A stretch of 64,000 nucleotides of DNA from Nitrosopumilus sp. (GTDB taxonomy: Archaea; Thermoproteota; Nitrososphaeria; Nitrososphaerales; Nitrosopumilaceae), in assembly GCA_965223425.1 (NCBI GenBank), contig OZ245003.1:1408001-1472000 (forward strand), read 5' to 3'. The position numbers and the translations under genes were made by a program. Below the pieces are notes generated by a model. It did not search any database, was not told the origin of the DNA, and saw only the letters and a list, made by a program, of their open reading frames with translations. Numbering within the stretch: the first letter of the stretch is position 1; every line of letters begins with the position of its first letter. This document shows, in pieces, positions 39,541-49,949 of this stretch.

Positions 39541-40790
39541 GTTCTAATTCGCTCAATTCTAATTTTCTGAGGTATGTTCTTTGAAACCTTTTCGACGATT
39601 ATCCTTAGCTCCTCCACTTCCACTTTGTCTCCCTCCTGCGGTATGTCTTGTAACCTTTCATGGAGTAGCCCGTTAAGTGACGCATAGTCATCCCCTTCCG
39701 GAATTTTAGTTTTGAAAATTTCATTAATTGTGTCGATTTCAATATCCCCGTTTGTGATTATTGTGTCTTGATCAATTTTCTCATACCCTGTTGATCTGGT
39801 CAGATCTGTTTCATCTTCAATCTCTCCAACTATCTCCTCAAGCAGGTCTTCTAAAGTAACAAGCCCTTCAACGCCTCCGTGCTCATCGACAACAATTGCC
39901 ATGTGTGTTTTTCTTCCCTTCATTTCCTTTAGCAAGGAACTGATCATTTTTTCTTGAGATGCAAACACGGGTTTTCTTGCAATCTGTTCAAGATTCACCA
40001 TCCTGTTGTCCTTCTCTAATTCCTTAAGAACATCTCTGGCGTGAATGAATCCCACAATATCATCGCCAGTGTCTCCAAAAATCGGGATTCTTGAATGCCC
40101 ACTCTGATTAATTTGAGGCAAGGCCTCAAAAAGCAACATTTTAGAATTTAATGTAAACATTTTGGTTCTAGGTGTCATTACTGAACGAATTACTGTGTCA
40201 TCAAACTTCAATGCTCCATGGACAAGCTCCATCTCTTCTTTTTCAATGGCCTTCTCTTCTAATCCTTGATCAATAACCCCTTTGATTTCATCCTCGGTAA
40301 TTGGGGGAGGCGTGTATCTGCTGCCAGTTATTTTTACAACCCCTTTGGTAATAATTTCAAAAAATTTTACGACTGGGTATAATGCATAGCTGAATGCTAG
40401 TAAGACAGGTGCGTATCTTAATGCAATTTTTGTAGAGTTTGCATTGCAGTATGTCTTTGGGGTAATTTCACCAAATACCAGGATTAGAAATGTCATAATC
40501 CCAATTGCAATGCCTAAACCGTCATTTCCAAATAATCTGATTGCCACACTCGTTGCAAGCGCTGAAGCCCCCACGTTTACAAGGTTGTTCCCAAGATTTA
40601 CACTTGACATCATCCAACTCGGATTTGTTTTTAGCTTGTACAGTGCTTTTGAGCCTTTTTGCCCTTGATTAAAAAGTTGCACTACCTTTGATTTTCTAAC
40701 ATTGACTAAAGCCACTTCCAAACCACTAAAGAATCCAGACAGGCCAATCAGGACGGCCAAAGCTGCAATTTCAATCCATAAATCTACCAT
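39537..40790 (-). CDS. CNNM/DUF21-CBS-CorC (hemolysin-family) protein
   Basis: FFSGLEVAL, GEITPK, VVDEHGG, EEIVGEIEDE. Confidence 0.93.
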   Translation of the reverse strand: MVDLWIEIAALAVLIGLSGFFSGLEVALVNVRKSKVVQLFNQGQKGSKALYKLKTNPSWMMSSVNLGNNLVNVGASALATSVAIRLFGNDGLGIAIGIMTFLILVFGEITPKTYCNANSTKIALRYAPVLLAFSYALYPVVKFFEIITKGVVKITGSRYTPPPITEDEIKGVIDQGLEEKAIEKEEMELVHGALKFDDTVIRSVMTPRTKMFTLNSKMLLFEALPQINQSGHSRIPIFGDTGDDIVGFIHARDVLKELEKDNRMVNLEQIARKPVFASQEKMISSLLKEMKGRKTHMAIVVDEHGGVEGLVTLEDLLEEIVGEIEDETDLTRSTGYEKIDQDTIITNGDIEIDTINEIFKTKIPEGDDYASLNGLLHERLQDIPQEGDKVEVEELRIIVEKVSKNIPQKIRIERIRT

Positions 40791-40942
40791 GATATCCTCC
40801 AGAAAACTTTCTCAGAACAACTACTGTGTTACTCATTTATTTTTTTAACACCATCTTTAGGCTACCATATTTTTACAAAACTGGAATTTAACTCTTGAGA
40901 TAGATGTTAAATAATCCGAGTCAATTGAGCCTAAAGATAAGG

Positions 40943-42280
40943 CTAATTTTTTGGAGGCCTTGCAAATCTGTTTTTAGGATCACGGTGATAATCTACAGGA
41001 AGCATGGCGTCTTTTTGCCTGCCCGTAAGAATTCCTACTACTGTGTCATCCCTTTTGATTATCTCCCCATCAATCAATTTTTTAATTCCGACAACTGTTG
41101 CCCCTGATGCCATTTCGCAGTCAAACCCGTTAAGGCCAACTGCAGACATGCCATCTAACATTTCAGAGTCTGAGACTGTAGTTACTACACCGTCAGTGAA
41201 CTCTAATGCGCGCAGTCCTTTCAAAATGTTTGCGGGTCTGCCAATTTGGATTGCAGTGGCTTTAGTTTTTGGTCGCAATCCCTCCTTATCTAAATGATCA
41301 TAATATCTGGCAATTAATTCAGTGTTTGGATTTCCTTTATTCCATCTGAGCTCTTCATCTTCAAATTTGCCGTTGTACAAATCAGATAACGTACTTGCTC
41401 CTTCGGAATTTATGACTGCAATTCTTGGAATTTTCTTGATCCAGCCCCATTCATGTAGTTCCATCAACGCTTTTCCGCAACTGGAGGTGTTTCCTAAAGC
41501 ACCTCCTGGGTATACGATCCAGTCAGGAGACTCCCAATTAAGATACTCTAATGCTCTAAATAGAATTGTTTTTTGTCCCTCAATTCTAAATGGGTTGATA
41601 GAGTTTACAGTGTATCCATTGTGGTTTTGTGCATCATCTAGTGATTGTTTTAGCGCATCATCAAAATTTCCGTCAATTTCTACAATTTGTGCTCCAAATT
41701 GATATGCTTGGCTGAGTTTTCCTGGCGCAATCTGTCCTGCTGGTATGTATACATCGCAGTTTATTCCTTCATTTGCAGCAAACATTCCGGCAGAAGCTGA
41801 TGTGTTTCCCGTAGATGCACAAACAATTTTTTTTGCGCCTACCATCTTGGCATGAGTTACAGCAGTTGCCATTCCGTTATCCTTGAAGGAACCGCTCGGA
41901 TTGTATCCTTCAGGCTGTAACCACAGCGTATCATTTGATATTCCTATGAGTTCTGCAGCTTTTGACATTTGGTATGGCTTTGACTGCCTTCCCTCTGCAC
42001 CATCAAGGGATACTAAATATTTTGAACATTCTTCTACGTTATTGGTATCTATCTGACAAAAATTCAGTAGTTCTCTAAATCTCCAAACTCCGCTTTCATT
42101 GAAAATACTGCCTTGGGGATTTCGTCTTTTGTAAAATACTTCTTTGAGTCCATCAGAAAGCCTATTCTTATATTTGACATCTAGCAAATGTTCTTTCTCA
42201 CATTGCACGTTTGCACTGTCTATTGGATATTCTAAACCACAGTTAGGATCAATGCATTTTAGATATGCGTCACCTTGCAT
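40943..42280 (-). CDS. thrC: Threonine synthase
   Basis: NPSGSFKD, ASTGNT, RIEGQKT. Confidence 0.93.
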   Translation of the reverse strand: MQGDAYLKCIDPNCGLEYPIDSANVQCEKEHLLDVKYKNRLSDGLKEVFYKRRNPQGSIFNESGVWRFRELLNFCQIDTNNVEECSKYLVSLDGAEGRQSKPYQMSKAAELIGISNDTLWLQPEGYNPSGSFKDNGMATAVTHAKMVGAKKIVCASTGNTSASAGMFAANEGINCDVYIPAGQIAPGKLSQAYQFGAQIVEIDGNFDDALKQSLDDAQNHNGYTVNSINPFRIEGQKTILFRALEYLNWESPDWIVYPGGALGNTSSCGKALMELHEWGWIKKIPRIAVINSEGASTLSDLYNGKFEDEELRWNKGNPNTELIARYYDHLDKEGLRPKTKATAIQIGRPANILKGLRALEFTDGVVTTVSDSEMLDGMSAVGLNGFDCEMASGATVVGIKKLIDGEIIKRDDTVVGILTGRQKDAMLPVDYHRDPKNRFARPPKN

Positions 42281-42381
42281 TGCTCTTTGAGAAGATGGCT
42301 GATAATTTAAAGCAAATGTGTAAATTTTACACAAGGCAAGCTAATTTCCCAAACTTTAGATTAGATAACTGTTTTCACTAA

Positions 42382-43392
42382 CTCAGCTAAGCGAAATCTG
42401 CCCCAAGCCTGAGATCATGTATAGGCGGTTTGGGCTGGCGTATGGGAAGCGATTCCAGCTGCACCTTAAACGTCAGCATGGTCATGACACTCTGCCTTTC
42501 AGTGCCATCAGAAAGCAGTGCCCTGACAATTATCCATTCATTGTACAATACCAGAGAATGGTAAAAGCACAGCATCTGCGATTCCATGTCTGTGATTCGT
42601 GTCTTGGCCCTGCACTCCTCGATTTTGCCGTACTCGTCTTTATCCACCATCTTTTGGCATAGACCTCGATCCTGACTGCGGGATGGTTTGTTGCAAACCC
42701 GATGTGCCTCCTTCTGGGTCATCAGAGTCTTTGGCCTTTTTTCTGTCAGCTGTTATCATAGAATATTTGGCAGCAGAACCCAGGTTGTTTTCAATTACGT
42801 TCCTTGAGATCTTTTCTCTTTTCTCCTGTGCAAACTTTTGCAGGACTGCCACTACGTTGTACGTGTTCCTGCACGGCATCAGAAACTTTACGTTGTTTTC
42901 CTGTAGCCTGCTTATCACACCAACTGAGAAGAACTCACAGTCAAGCAACGCCAAGTGTATCCTGATGCACCCACTTTTGTCATGGTTTTGGGGACAGCAT
43001 CCACGTAATCAGGCATGATGCGGCAAGAACGATACGCATCTTGTTCAATTCCCTTGATTGCCGATGCAATCCACCTGTCAAATGGGGTACTGCAGTGTTT
43101 GTGCCTTTGCGCATCTGCATACGGAGGAATCCATAGCGGCAGCCTTTAGCATGCTGCAGTTCAGATCATCTGTTCCAAACGTTGCGTTGTACCTGTCTGA
43201 TGTGTTGGCGCATGCAAGCATGTTTTTTGTGCCGTCTGCAACATCTTCATATATGCGTGGATTGTTTAACAGTTCGCGGCCCTGTCTGGTTTTTTATCTC
43301 AACAACAAAAATCAGGGGGTCGTACCCTCATTGATCTGCTTGCATTTTGTAGCCAATTTGGCCTGAATTGGAGCAGATTTCGCTTAGCTGAG
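42382..43392 (-). mobile_element. ISH3-like element, internally decayed, perfect 19-bp TIRs
   Basis: CTCAGCTAAGCGAAATCTG at both ends; fragments LLDCEFFS..FLMPC. Confidence 0.85.
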
Positions 43393-43396
43393 TTTC

Positions 43397-44691
43397 TAGG
43401 TTCTGTGAAGTTATCGGGAGTTAACCCCTATAACTCGACTTTGACATATCGACTATTCGGATTGCCAATGGTGTGCAGGATTCCGTCATCGCCGGCTCAA
43501 AAGTGCCGGACTGCGCTTCACATATGTCATCTCTACTGCCCCTAAACCTAGGGGGCGGCTTGCGTGATATGTTGTTCATGGCAGCGACAATATCCCTGTC
43601 CATAAACAAACCGCAATTATTACACGACAGTTTACGATGCTGTTGCATGTCCTCTTGGAGTCTCTTTCCGCATTGCGGACACTGCGTGCTCGTGTTTCTT
43701 GGGTCTACTGTCTCGACTGGCGGGAGCCCGACCCGTTGGGCTTTGTATTCTATTTGGCGTTGCAGCTCGTAGAATTGCCACCCGTTCAATCTGCGCCTGT
43801 ACTTGTTGCCCTGACCATTTCCTTTTTTGTAGAGTTTTCTAATTCCTTTCAGGTTTTCTAGAACGATTGCAGCCTTTTCTTTGACGGCATTATCCACAAT
43901 ATCCTTTGATATTCTGTGGATGCATTGTTTTGTTCTATTGGTCATTCTTCTCTGTTTTTCCTTCCAGAACTGGTTTTTCTTCCTGCGGTCATTTCTGTGG
44001 AAGCCTGCCCTGGCGTGTACTGTGTTCTCCTTTATGGATAACAGCTTGTTTGTCTTGTAGACTGTCACCCCTTCCTCGCTCCCACACGTCACATTTCTTA
44101 GGTTTCTGTCTATTCCAACTTTCTTGGTGCACTCTATCTCTTGTACTTTTTTTGAAACACAAAGACTGATGTTGAGGGCAGTCAGTGAAAACGAGCGCAC
44201 CGTCAGGGCGGGATCAGACAGGATTTTTTGGGCGTGATCGTTGAGTAAAATGTTGATTGGGTTATGTTTCTTGTATGGGATTGTTAGTAGTGCACCGTTG
44301 TGTTTTATGCCGTAACAGTTTGTCATAAAGGGATTTTTGACTATTGGGTCTCTTATTCTGACACCTCGTTTGACTGATTGTTTTCTGTTTGATAATGTGC
44401 CTGCAGCTCTTGATATTGCACATATCTTGTATGACGATAAAATGTCATAGTTACGTAATTCGTGATAACATAACATGGACAGCCTCTTCATATTGTGAGT
44501 GTCTTCTTTCAACCCTATCTTGATGCAATGATTGGCCATCTTTGTGAATGTAGCCGCCATATCCATTAGGTCAGAGTTCGGCGCATATTTCTGTGATATT
44601 GGCTTTATCGCCTTCAGCGAATATCTTGCGGTTTGGAGGCTTGTACATTTTGGGAATTGACATGTAACTCCCGATAACTTCACAGAACCTA
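43397..44691 (-). mobile_element. TnpB-only element bounded by perfect 27-bp TIRs (IS6-like ends)
   Basis: TAGGTTCTGTGAAGTTATCGGGAGTTA at 43397-43423 and its exact reverse complement at 44665-44691. Confidence 0.9.
43421..44617 (-). CDS. tnpB: TnpB RNA-guided endonuclease (IS605 OrfB / Cas12f-like); start uncertain
   Basis: RuvC-I GIDRN, RuvC-II IVLENL, CPQC/CNNC Zn finger, RuvC-III DRDIVAAMN. Confidence 0.92.
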   Translation of the reverse strand: MKAIKPISQKYAPNSDLMDMAATFTKMANHCIKIGLKEDTHNMKRLSMLCYHELRNYDILSSYKICAISRAAGTLSNRKQSVKRGVRIRDPIVKNPFMTNCYGIKHNGALLTIPYKKHNPINILLNDHAQKILSDPALTVRSFSLTALNISLCVSKKVQEIECTKKVGIDRNLRNVTCGSEEGVTVYKTNKLLSIKENTVHARAGFHRNDRRKKNQFWKEKQRRMTNRTKQCIHRISKDIVDNAVKEKAAIVLENLKGIRKLYKKGNGQGNKYRRRLNGWQFYELQRQIEYKAQRVGLPPVETVDPRNTSTQCPQCGKRLQEDMQQHRKLSCNNCGLFMDRDIVAAMNNISRKPPPRFRGSRDDICEAQSGTFEPAMTESCTPLAIRIVDMSKSSYRG

Positions 44692-44737
44692 ACATAATAA
44701 ATTACAAAAACATATTTTCAGCAAAAACCAGACATAC

Positions 44738-44842
44738 TTGTTAATTGGCTAGATTGGGAAATACGTTGAATACCCAACGTTTTGTTTCAAATAATTAAAC
44801 GGTTTGATGTTTGAGGCAAAACTGCTGGATGCCAATTAACAA
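44738..44842. mobile_element. Putative 105-bp MITE
   Basis: 12-bp perfect IR TTGTTAATTGGC/GCCAATTAACAA with TAC on both flanks. Confidence 0.5.
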
Positions 44843-44879
44843 TACAAACTCTTTTTTGACCAAATAAAATAGAAAAAGG

Positions 44880-45140
44880 ATGGGCAGAACTATTTTTGTT
44901 AAAGAAATTATCACCATACTAAAAGAGCCAAAGCTTTGTCCCACTTGTAAAAAAGACGATAGGCTAGAAAAAGATGTTATCCGAGAGCAAAGATCAGGCG
45001 GGAAAACAATTCTTTGTTCTAGATGTGAGGCGCTAATTGTAATTACAAATCATAATTTACGAAATGTTGAACTCTCACCAAAAAAAGACGACGTTGTAAT
45101 GCTAAAAGAGCCCCATTTGGTTAGAAAAGTAACGTACTAG
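44880..45140 (+). CDS. Conserved Zn-ribbon hypothetical protein
   Basis: CPTC...CSRC. Confidence 0.8.
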   Translation: MGRTIFVKEIITILKEPKLCPTCKKDDRLEKDVIREQRSGGKTILCSRCEALIVITNHNLRNVELSPKKDDVVMLKEPHLVRKVTY

Positions 45141-45382
45141 TCATCAGATTTTTCTAACAGTTTTTTGATAACGTGGCTTCGAACATTTGCAACCTCCCAA
45201 TCTCGAAGATTTTCATTTTTGCATTCCTCTTTAATTATAAGACCTGCCAAGCCAGCACTCCAGATATGGCGCCTTGGATCATAAACCTCGATTATTTTTC
45301 CATGCTTTCTGATTTTGATTCCACCATGGCATCTTTCAACCACTTGTAAGGCAACTTTTTGATAGACTTTTTCAAAATTAAC
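45137..45382 (-). CDS. Conserved thaumarchaeal hypothetical protein
   Basis: ORF from MVNFEKVY, convergent with the previous gene. Confidence 0.7.
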   Translation of the reverse strand, partial: VNFEKVYQKVALQVVERCHGGIKIRKHGKIIEVYDPRRHIWSAGLAGLIIKEECKNENLRDWEVANVRSHVIKKLLEKSDD

Positions 45383-45574
45383 CATATTAGAAAACCATTT
45401 GGCGATGTCAAAAAGGTTCTCATTGGAATGCAATAATAATAATATACCATAAAAATCAGAATGAAACTTGCTGATGATTAATCAATAAACTAAGCTATTG
45501 CTGACAGATGATGAGTTTGCCGAATTATGAAGCATGTTTTAAAATCAGAACATCATAAAGTACCATGACCCCAG

Positions 45575-46104
45575 TCGCAACTGTGTTCAAACTACCTTGC
45601 GCACCACCTTCCACTTGTCGCGTATCCATTCTCTGCGGTTCCACTGTTTGAGTCCGGTGGCATCGGCCACCAGGGTTACGTGTCAGAATGCATCATGAAC
45701 GTATATGGCGTTGCCGTGAATGCTGATGTCGAGCTTCTTCATTCTTCTGCACAGTGTGGAATAGTGCGGTGAGTCATGTCCTTCGAGCATCTTATCTGTC
45801 ATCCCAGACAGCTGCCTGAATGGAACATCAAGGGCAGTTCTCAGTGCAGTTATCGTCATGAGCATGGTGTCTACATACTAGAACAGGGCTCACTCCTTGC
45901 CGCAGTTGACCTGCTTTACCTCGCAGCTCCAGTCCGGATTATGCTGTACTACCAGCTCTGCACCTGGCCGTATGTACTTTGCATTATCGGTCAATACCTA
46001 GAGCATGCTGTCATGATCTAAAGCTTTTTCGGTCAGAAACATGTGTGTTCGTTGGTCAGTTTAAACTGCGTGGTAGATTTTAGGTGTGTTGTGCAACAAG
46101 CTAG
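45575..46104 (-). pseudogene. IS5-family (IS903-like) transposase remnant
   Basis: PFRQLSG..PHYSTLCRR and DATGLK..EWIRDKW in broken frames; end CTTGTTGCACAAC. Confidence 0.75.
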
Positions 46105-46122
46105 TACCCAGTGTGGTTTTTG

Positions 46123-46193
46123 TGGACTTGTCGGGAATCGAACCCGAACCTACGAGTTTTCAGTTCATAATGCTACCATTACACTACAAGCCC
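46123..46193 (-). tRNA. Atypical tRNA-Phe(GAA)-like gene, possibly a pseudo-tRNA
   Basis: Acceptor GGGCTTG/CAAGTCC, T-arm TCGGG-TTCGATT-CCCGA, loop CTGAAAA, A-C mismatch in the anticodon stem. Confidence 0.7.
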
Positions 46194-46290
46194 ACAATCT
46201 TTTTAATATGGTATGGTGATAATAATATTGAGTTTTCAGTTCATGCTAGTTTTACACTGGCCTTTTTTTCTTTTATCTGATCGCCTTGTC

Positions 46291-46337
46291 GGTTCTGGAA
46301 GATTTTGATGATCAGATCACTAAAATTTACCAGAACC
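46291..46337. repeat. 47-bp palindrome made of two IS6-like ends (GGTTCTGG...CCAGAACC)
   Basis: GGTTCTGGAAGATTTTGATGATC A GATCACTAAAATTTACCAGAACC. Confidence 0.7.
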
Positions 46338-46503
46338 GGCAAACCACAAAAACGCTGGACTGATCTGCAAACGCCCACTAGGAGCTTCGTTCAATTATGG
46401 TAATCTGACACGCGCCGGTTCGGTCAGGAACACGATTTTAAAGAATACCACACATTGCCTGCCCCAGACGATCCAAATCAAGGATCCGTTGATGACCGGC
46501 CGC

Positions 46504-46884
46504 CTATGGCTCCAACGGGCACGTCACGGTCACGTCCTGCGGCATGAACAGCACCCTCATGCCAGAACCGAACATGTCCCTGCACGTCTCTTCCATGTCG
46601 TCTCCAATCATGGACAGGTATATCGGATCCTGATGGGCCGCGGCACTGCTTTCATCGAAGCTCCCTTTCGCGTTGCTCGCGCCACGCGCATCGCCGGTGC
46701 TACCTGATGGTGATGCGAGGCCCACGTACAGGTTGTCAAAATACACAGATCGATAATAGGGATCCTGCGTACGGTCATATATGCCTAGCGTAACGTCTGC
46801 ATAATCATCCGTAACAATTCGGATTTCTGGAGTGCCGTGCCTAAATTGGATGTAAAATCTGTGATTTTGATGTGTTTTACGCAT
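46504..46884 (-). CDS. Hypothetical ORF or C-terminal gene fragment
   Basis: Higher-GC open frame directly after the 46891 stop. Confidence 0.35.
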   Translation of the reverse strand: MRKTHQNHRFYIQFRHGTPEIRIVTDDYADVTLGIYDRTQDPYYRSVYFDNLYVGLASPSGSTGDARGASNAKGSFDESSAAAHQDPIYLSMIGDDMEETCRDMFGSGMRVLFMPQDVTVTCPLEP

Positions 46885-47467
46885 GCAACTTCAGAAACTC
46901 GAACTGTTACTATTTTGTACAGTACCACAATCATTACCTTCACAATAAACAGCAAAATCAGTAGGAGTGTGAGCTGTTTCTTCCAAAGTTACAAAAGGAA
47001 TATCATAACTAAATTGATCATTGAAAAATTTATGGGTTTTTACAATTCCAGCAAAGTCTGAATATAATCCATAAAATGAAGCTGGTGCATTTATAGAACC
47101 AACATTAACGATGCTTTGAGAAAAATTATCTCTAGTATCATCAACATAATGATATACAGAACCATCAGGACGCATCGTAGAAACATCATCATTTTCTAGC
47201 AAAACACCAATACGCAGATCAACAAATGTGTTATCATCAGGATCCTCATTTACTATTTGCAATTGAAAAGTACCCGATGAATCAGTCAGATCACAAACTT
47301 CTGTTCGACCGTTTTTTAAAATTTGAGAGGTGCCGTTAGAGAGGTTTTTATCATAAGCACATACACGGGCGCTATCCATAGGAATAAAAGAAGAATCAGT
47401 ATTGATATAATATTTACCATAAGCAAAAATTTGGGCAGGTGCATCAGATGCACCACTAGAAGATCTA

Positions 47468-49949
47468 TAGTCTAGAGCAAAAGTTCTTGAGATCAAATAT
47501 GTTAGACAGAAATACATTTTGATCACGCCGCACCACGCATTACAATGCCCACAGTAAAATCCGAAGACCTGAAGAAAGCGTACAAGAGGGAGAAGAATCC
47601 TCGTGTCAAGATCAGAATGGCGGCCGTAAACATGGTATGCATGAACAATGAAAGCATTCAACATGTGGCAGACTCGCTCATGCAGTGCCCCAACTGGGTG
47701 TCCTTCTGGGTGGAACGCTTCAAGGAGGAGAAGGGCGGCATAGACGCCCTCCGGGATCTTCCAAAGACAGGCAGGCCGCCAAAGGTTCGGTTGGACAAGA
47801 TTGCAAGGGTTGTATCAGATGCAAACAGCAGCGGCATTATTACGCCAAAAAGACTCAAAAGCGACATACAAAAAAGATTCAAAGTAAAATACCACATAAC
47901 CAGCATCAGAAAGATAATGCACAAGCTTGGAATGTCTGCCAAGACGGCTCAGCGCATCCACATCAGTAGTTCCCAGATGTAGATTTACCGCAACCGCAAC
48001 TGGCATCGGTTCTACTTGCCTCGATCATTGACAAACAACTCGTTTCTGCTTGTAATGTACACGATAAACAACGCCATGGTGAGTTTTTTTCCCGCAGAAG
48101 ACACTCTTCCGTGCCTCTTTCCCGCATCAAGGCAGAACCTGGCAATCCTCCACAGGTTGTACAGCAGCAGCGGCAGGTAAAACATCAGCAGCCTCACAGA
48201 CAGGGAGTTGCTGCATGTCCTGCCCATGATCTCCTTTATGACGCGAAACCCCGTCTCGATGCCCCATCTCTTGCGGTACTGCTCCGGTATGATGCCTGTC
48301 ATGGCTCTGGCGCTCCTGATGGGAATGTTTGTTGCAAACGCAATGTATTGCTCCTCCCCCTCCTCTTCCCCCTCCTTTTTCTTCTTCTTCTTCCTGTCTC
48401 TTTTGACAATTACAAGGTTGTAGGTCACAGTTACGCCGTCTTTGTTGGTCATTGACTGCTGCGATACCTGGCTTGCCTTTCCGTCCTTGTACATCTTGAC
48501 TATCCTCTTGATCTTGGAGTTCATGATGACAGGCATGATGTAGCGGCACCCGCCCTTTCCTGCCTCTGTCATGCAGTCAACGTTGTAAAAGGCGCGGTCG
48601 TACAGGAACACAGTCTTTGAGTGTGCGCCCCCTCTGAGGATTTTCGTGCGTGTTTTGGCTATAAAATCGGCCAGTTTTTCCTTTGCCGGTAGTAGCTTCG
48701 ATTCCAGGACAATCTGCGAGGAGTCCCTGCCGACTCCGTGCACTGCGACATACGAGAGAAACGTGGATGTTCCTGCCCTTGGACGCGACTTTCTTGTATG
48801 CTCCTGCAGCTGCTCCCCATGGTATGGTATGTCCGTAACGTCTATTGCAATGGCGTCGATGTCCTGCAGCATTCCTGCACGGCGGGCGTGCCGCACCGTG
48901 CGTGCCAGCGTCCTTGCACACCAGGCCTGCACGTCTGCCGGTTTGACGCCACGGACTGCAGACATGACCAGGTCTGCATCAGGCGTACGTGCACCCGTGT
49001 CTTGAAGCCTGTTGTGCCGTACGAGGGATTCTACAAACGTGTTTCTCTCAGACGCCTTGATTAGCACGTCCAGTATGTCATTGCATCCGTATACGGCGTT
49101 GTGCCTCTCAGACATTGGCATGCCAAGCTTTTGAAACGACGAGCGCAGGATTTTAAACCGGTTTGATGTTATATTGTACTGGCGTGCGATCAGTTCGTCA
49201 TGTAATTCGACTTTCATGACATATTGCACGCCGTAGCCTAATCTGGATCTTTGCATTGCAGTTATGCGGTAACGCACCGGCATCTGGGCATAAACCTACA
49301 TCTGGGCACAAATCTACATCTGGGAACTACTGACATCAGCAGGGCAGAAATTGACAAAATCAAAAGGTGGCAACACAATGCAAAAAGGCGGATTTCACGC
49401 CTGGAATTGAAGGGTTTTACAACTGTCGTTTTTGACGAATCGATATTCATCGACGATCCTGCAAGTGGCGCAAAGTACTGGTCACCAAAAGGGGAGCCAA
49501 TCACAACGACATACAAGGGACGGCACGGCAGGAGGGTGGTGGCATACGGCTCCATTGCGACAGACGGCAGGCAGTTCTTTAGGACATATGACAGGTTTGA
49601 CAAGGAGACGGTTCTGCAATACATCAAGGAGATGACAAGTCATTTTGGCAAGGTGACAATCATCATGGACAACGCGCCGCAGCACAAGGCAAGGATTGTA
49701 AAAGAGTTTCTTGCAGGCAACCCCGATGTCAGGACAATATGGCTTCCGACTGCAACGCCTGAGCTCAGTGTAGTTGAGGAGTACTGGCATCAGGCAAAAC
49801 GGGACGTGTCGGTATCTGAATATTACGCTACGGTTGTGCACATGCGCCATGCAATGTCAGAATATTTCAGGACAGCCCGTCCCAAGCTTGATGCGATGAA
49901 GTTTATCTGTAGAAGGTCGCTCACTCTCAAAAACTTTTGATTGACACTA
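47468..49949 (+). mobile_element. IS630 type-1 element, TA TSD, interrupted by ISH3
   Basis: TIRs TAGT....CAAAAGTT(C/T)TTGAG; the halves at 47545 and 49333 match the 17991 transposase. Confidence 0.9.
47964..49332 (-). mobile_element. ISH3-family element with intact transposase (48012-49283), 4-bp TSD ACAT
   Basis: 23-bp TIR CAGTAGTTCCCAGATGTAGATTT; AIDVT, DRAFY, YRKRWGIETGFR. Confidence 0.92.

Noticed and set aside
43421-44695. Calling the TnpB a Cas12f CRISPR effector, or using the 424-aa ORF start
   Set aside because: No CRISPR array nearby; the ORF-track start lies outside the TIR, so it is not the native start.
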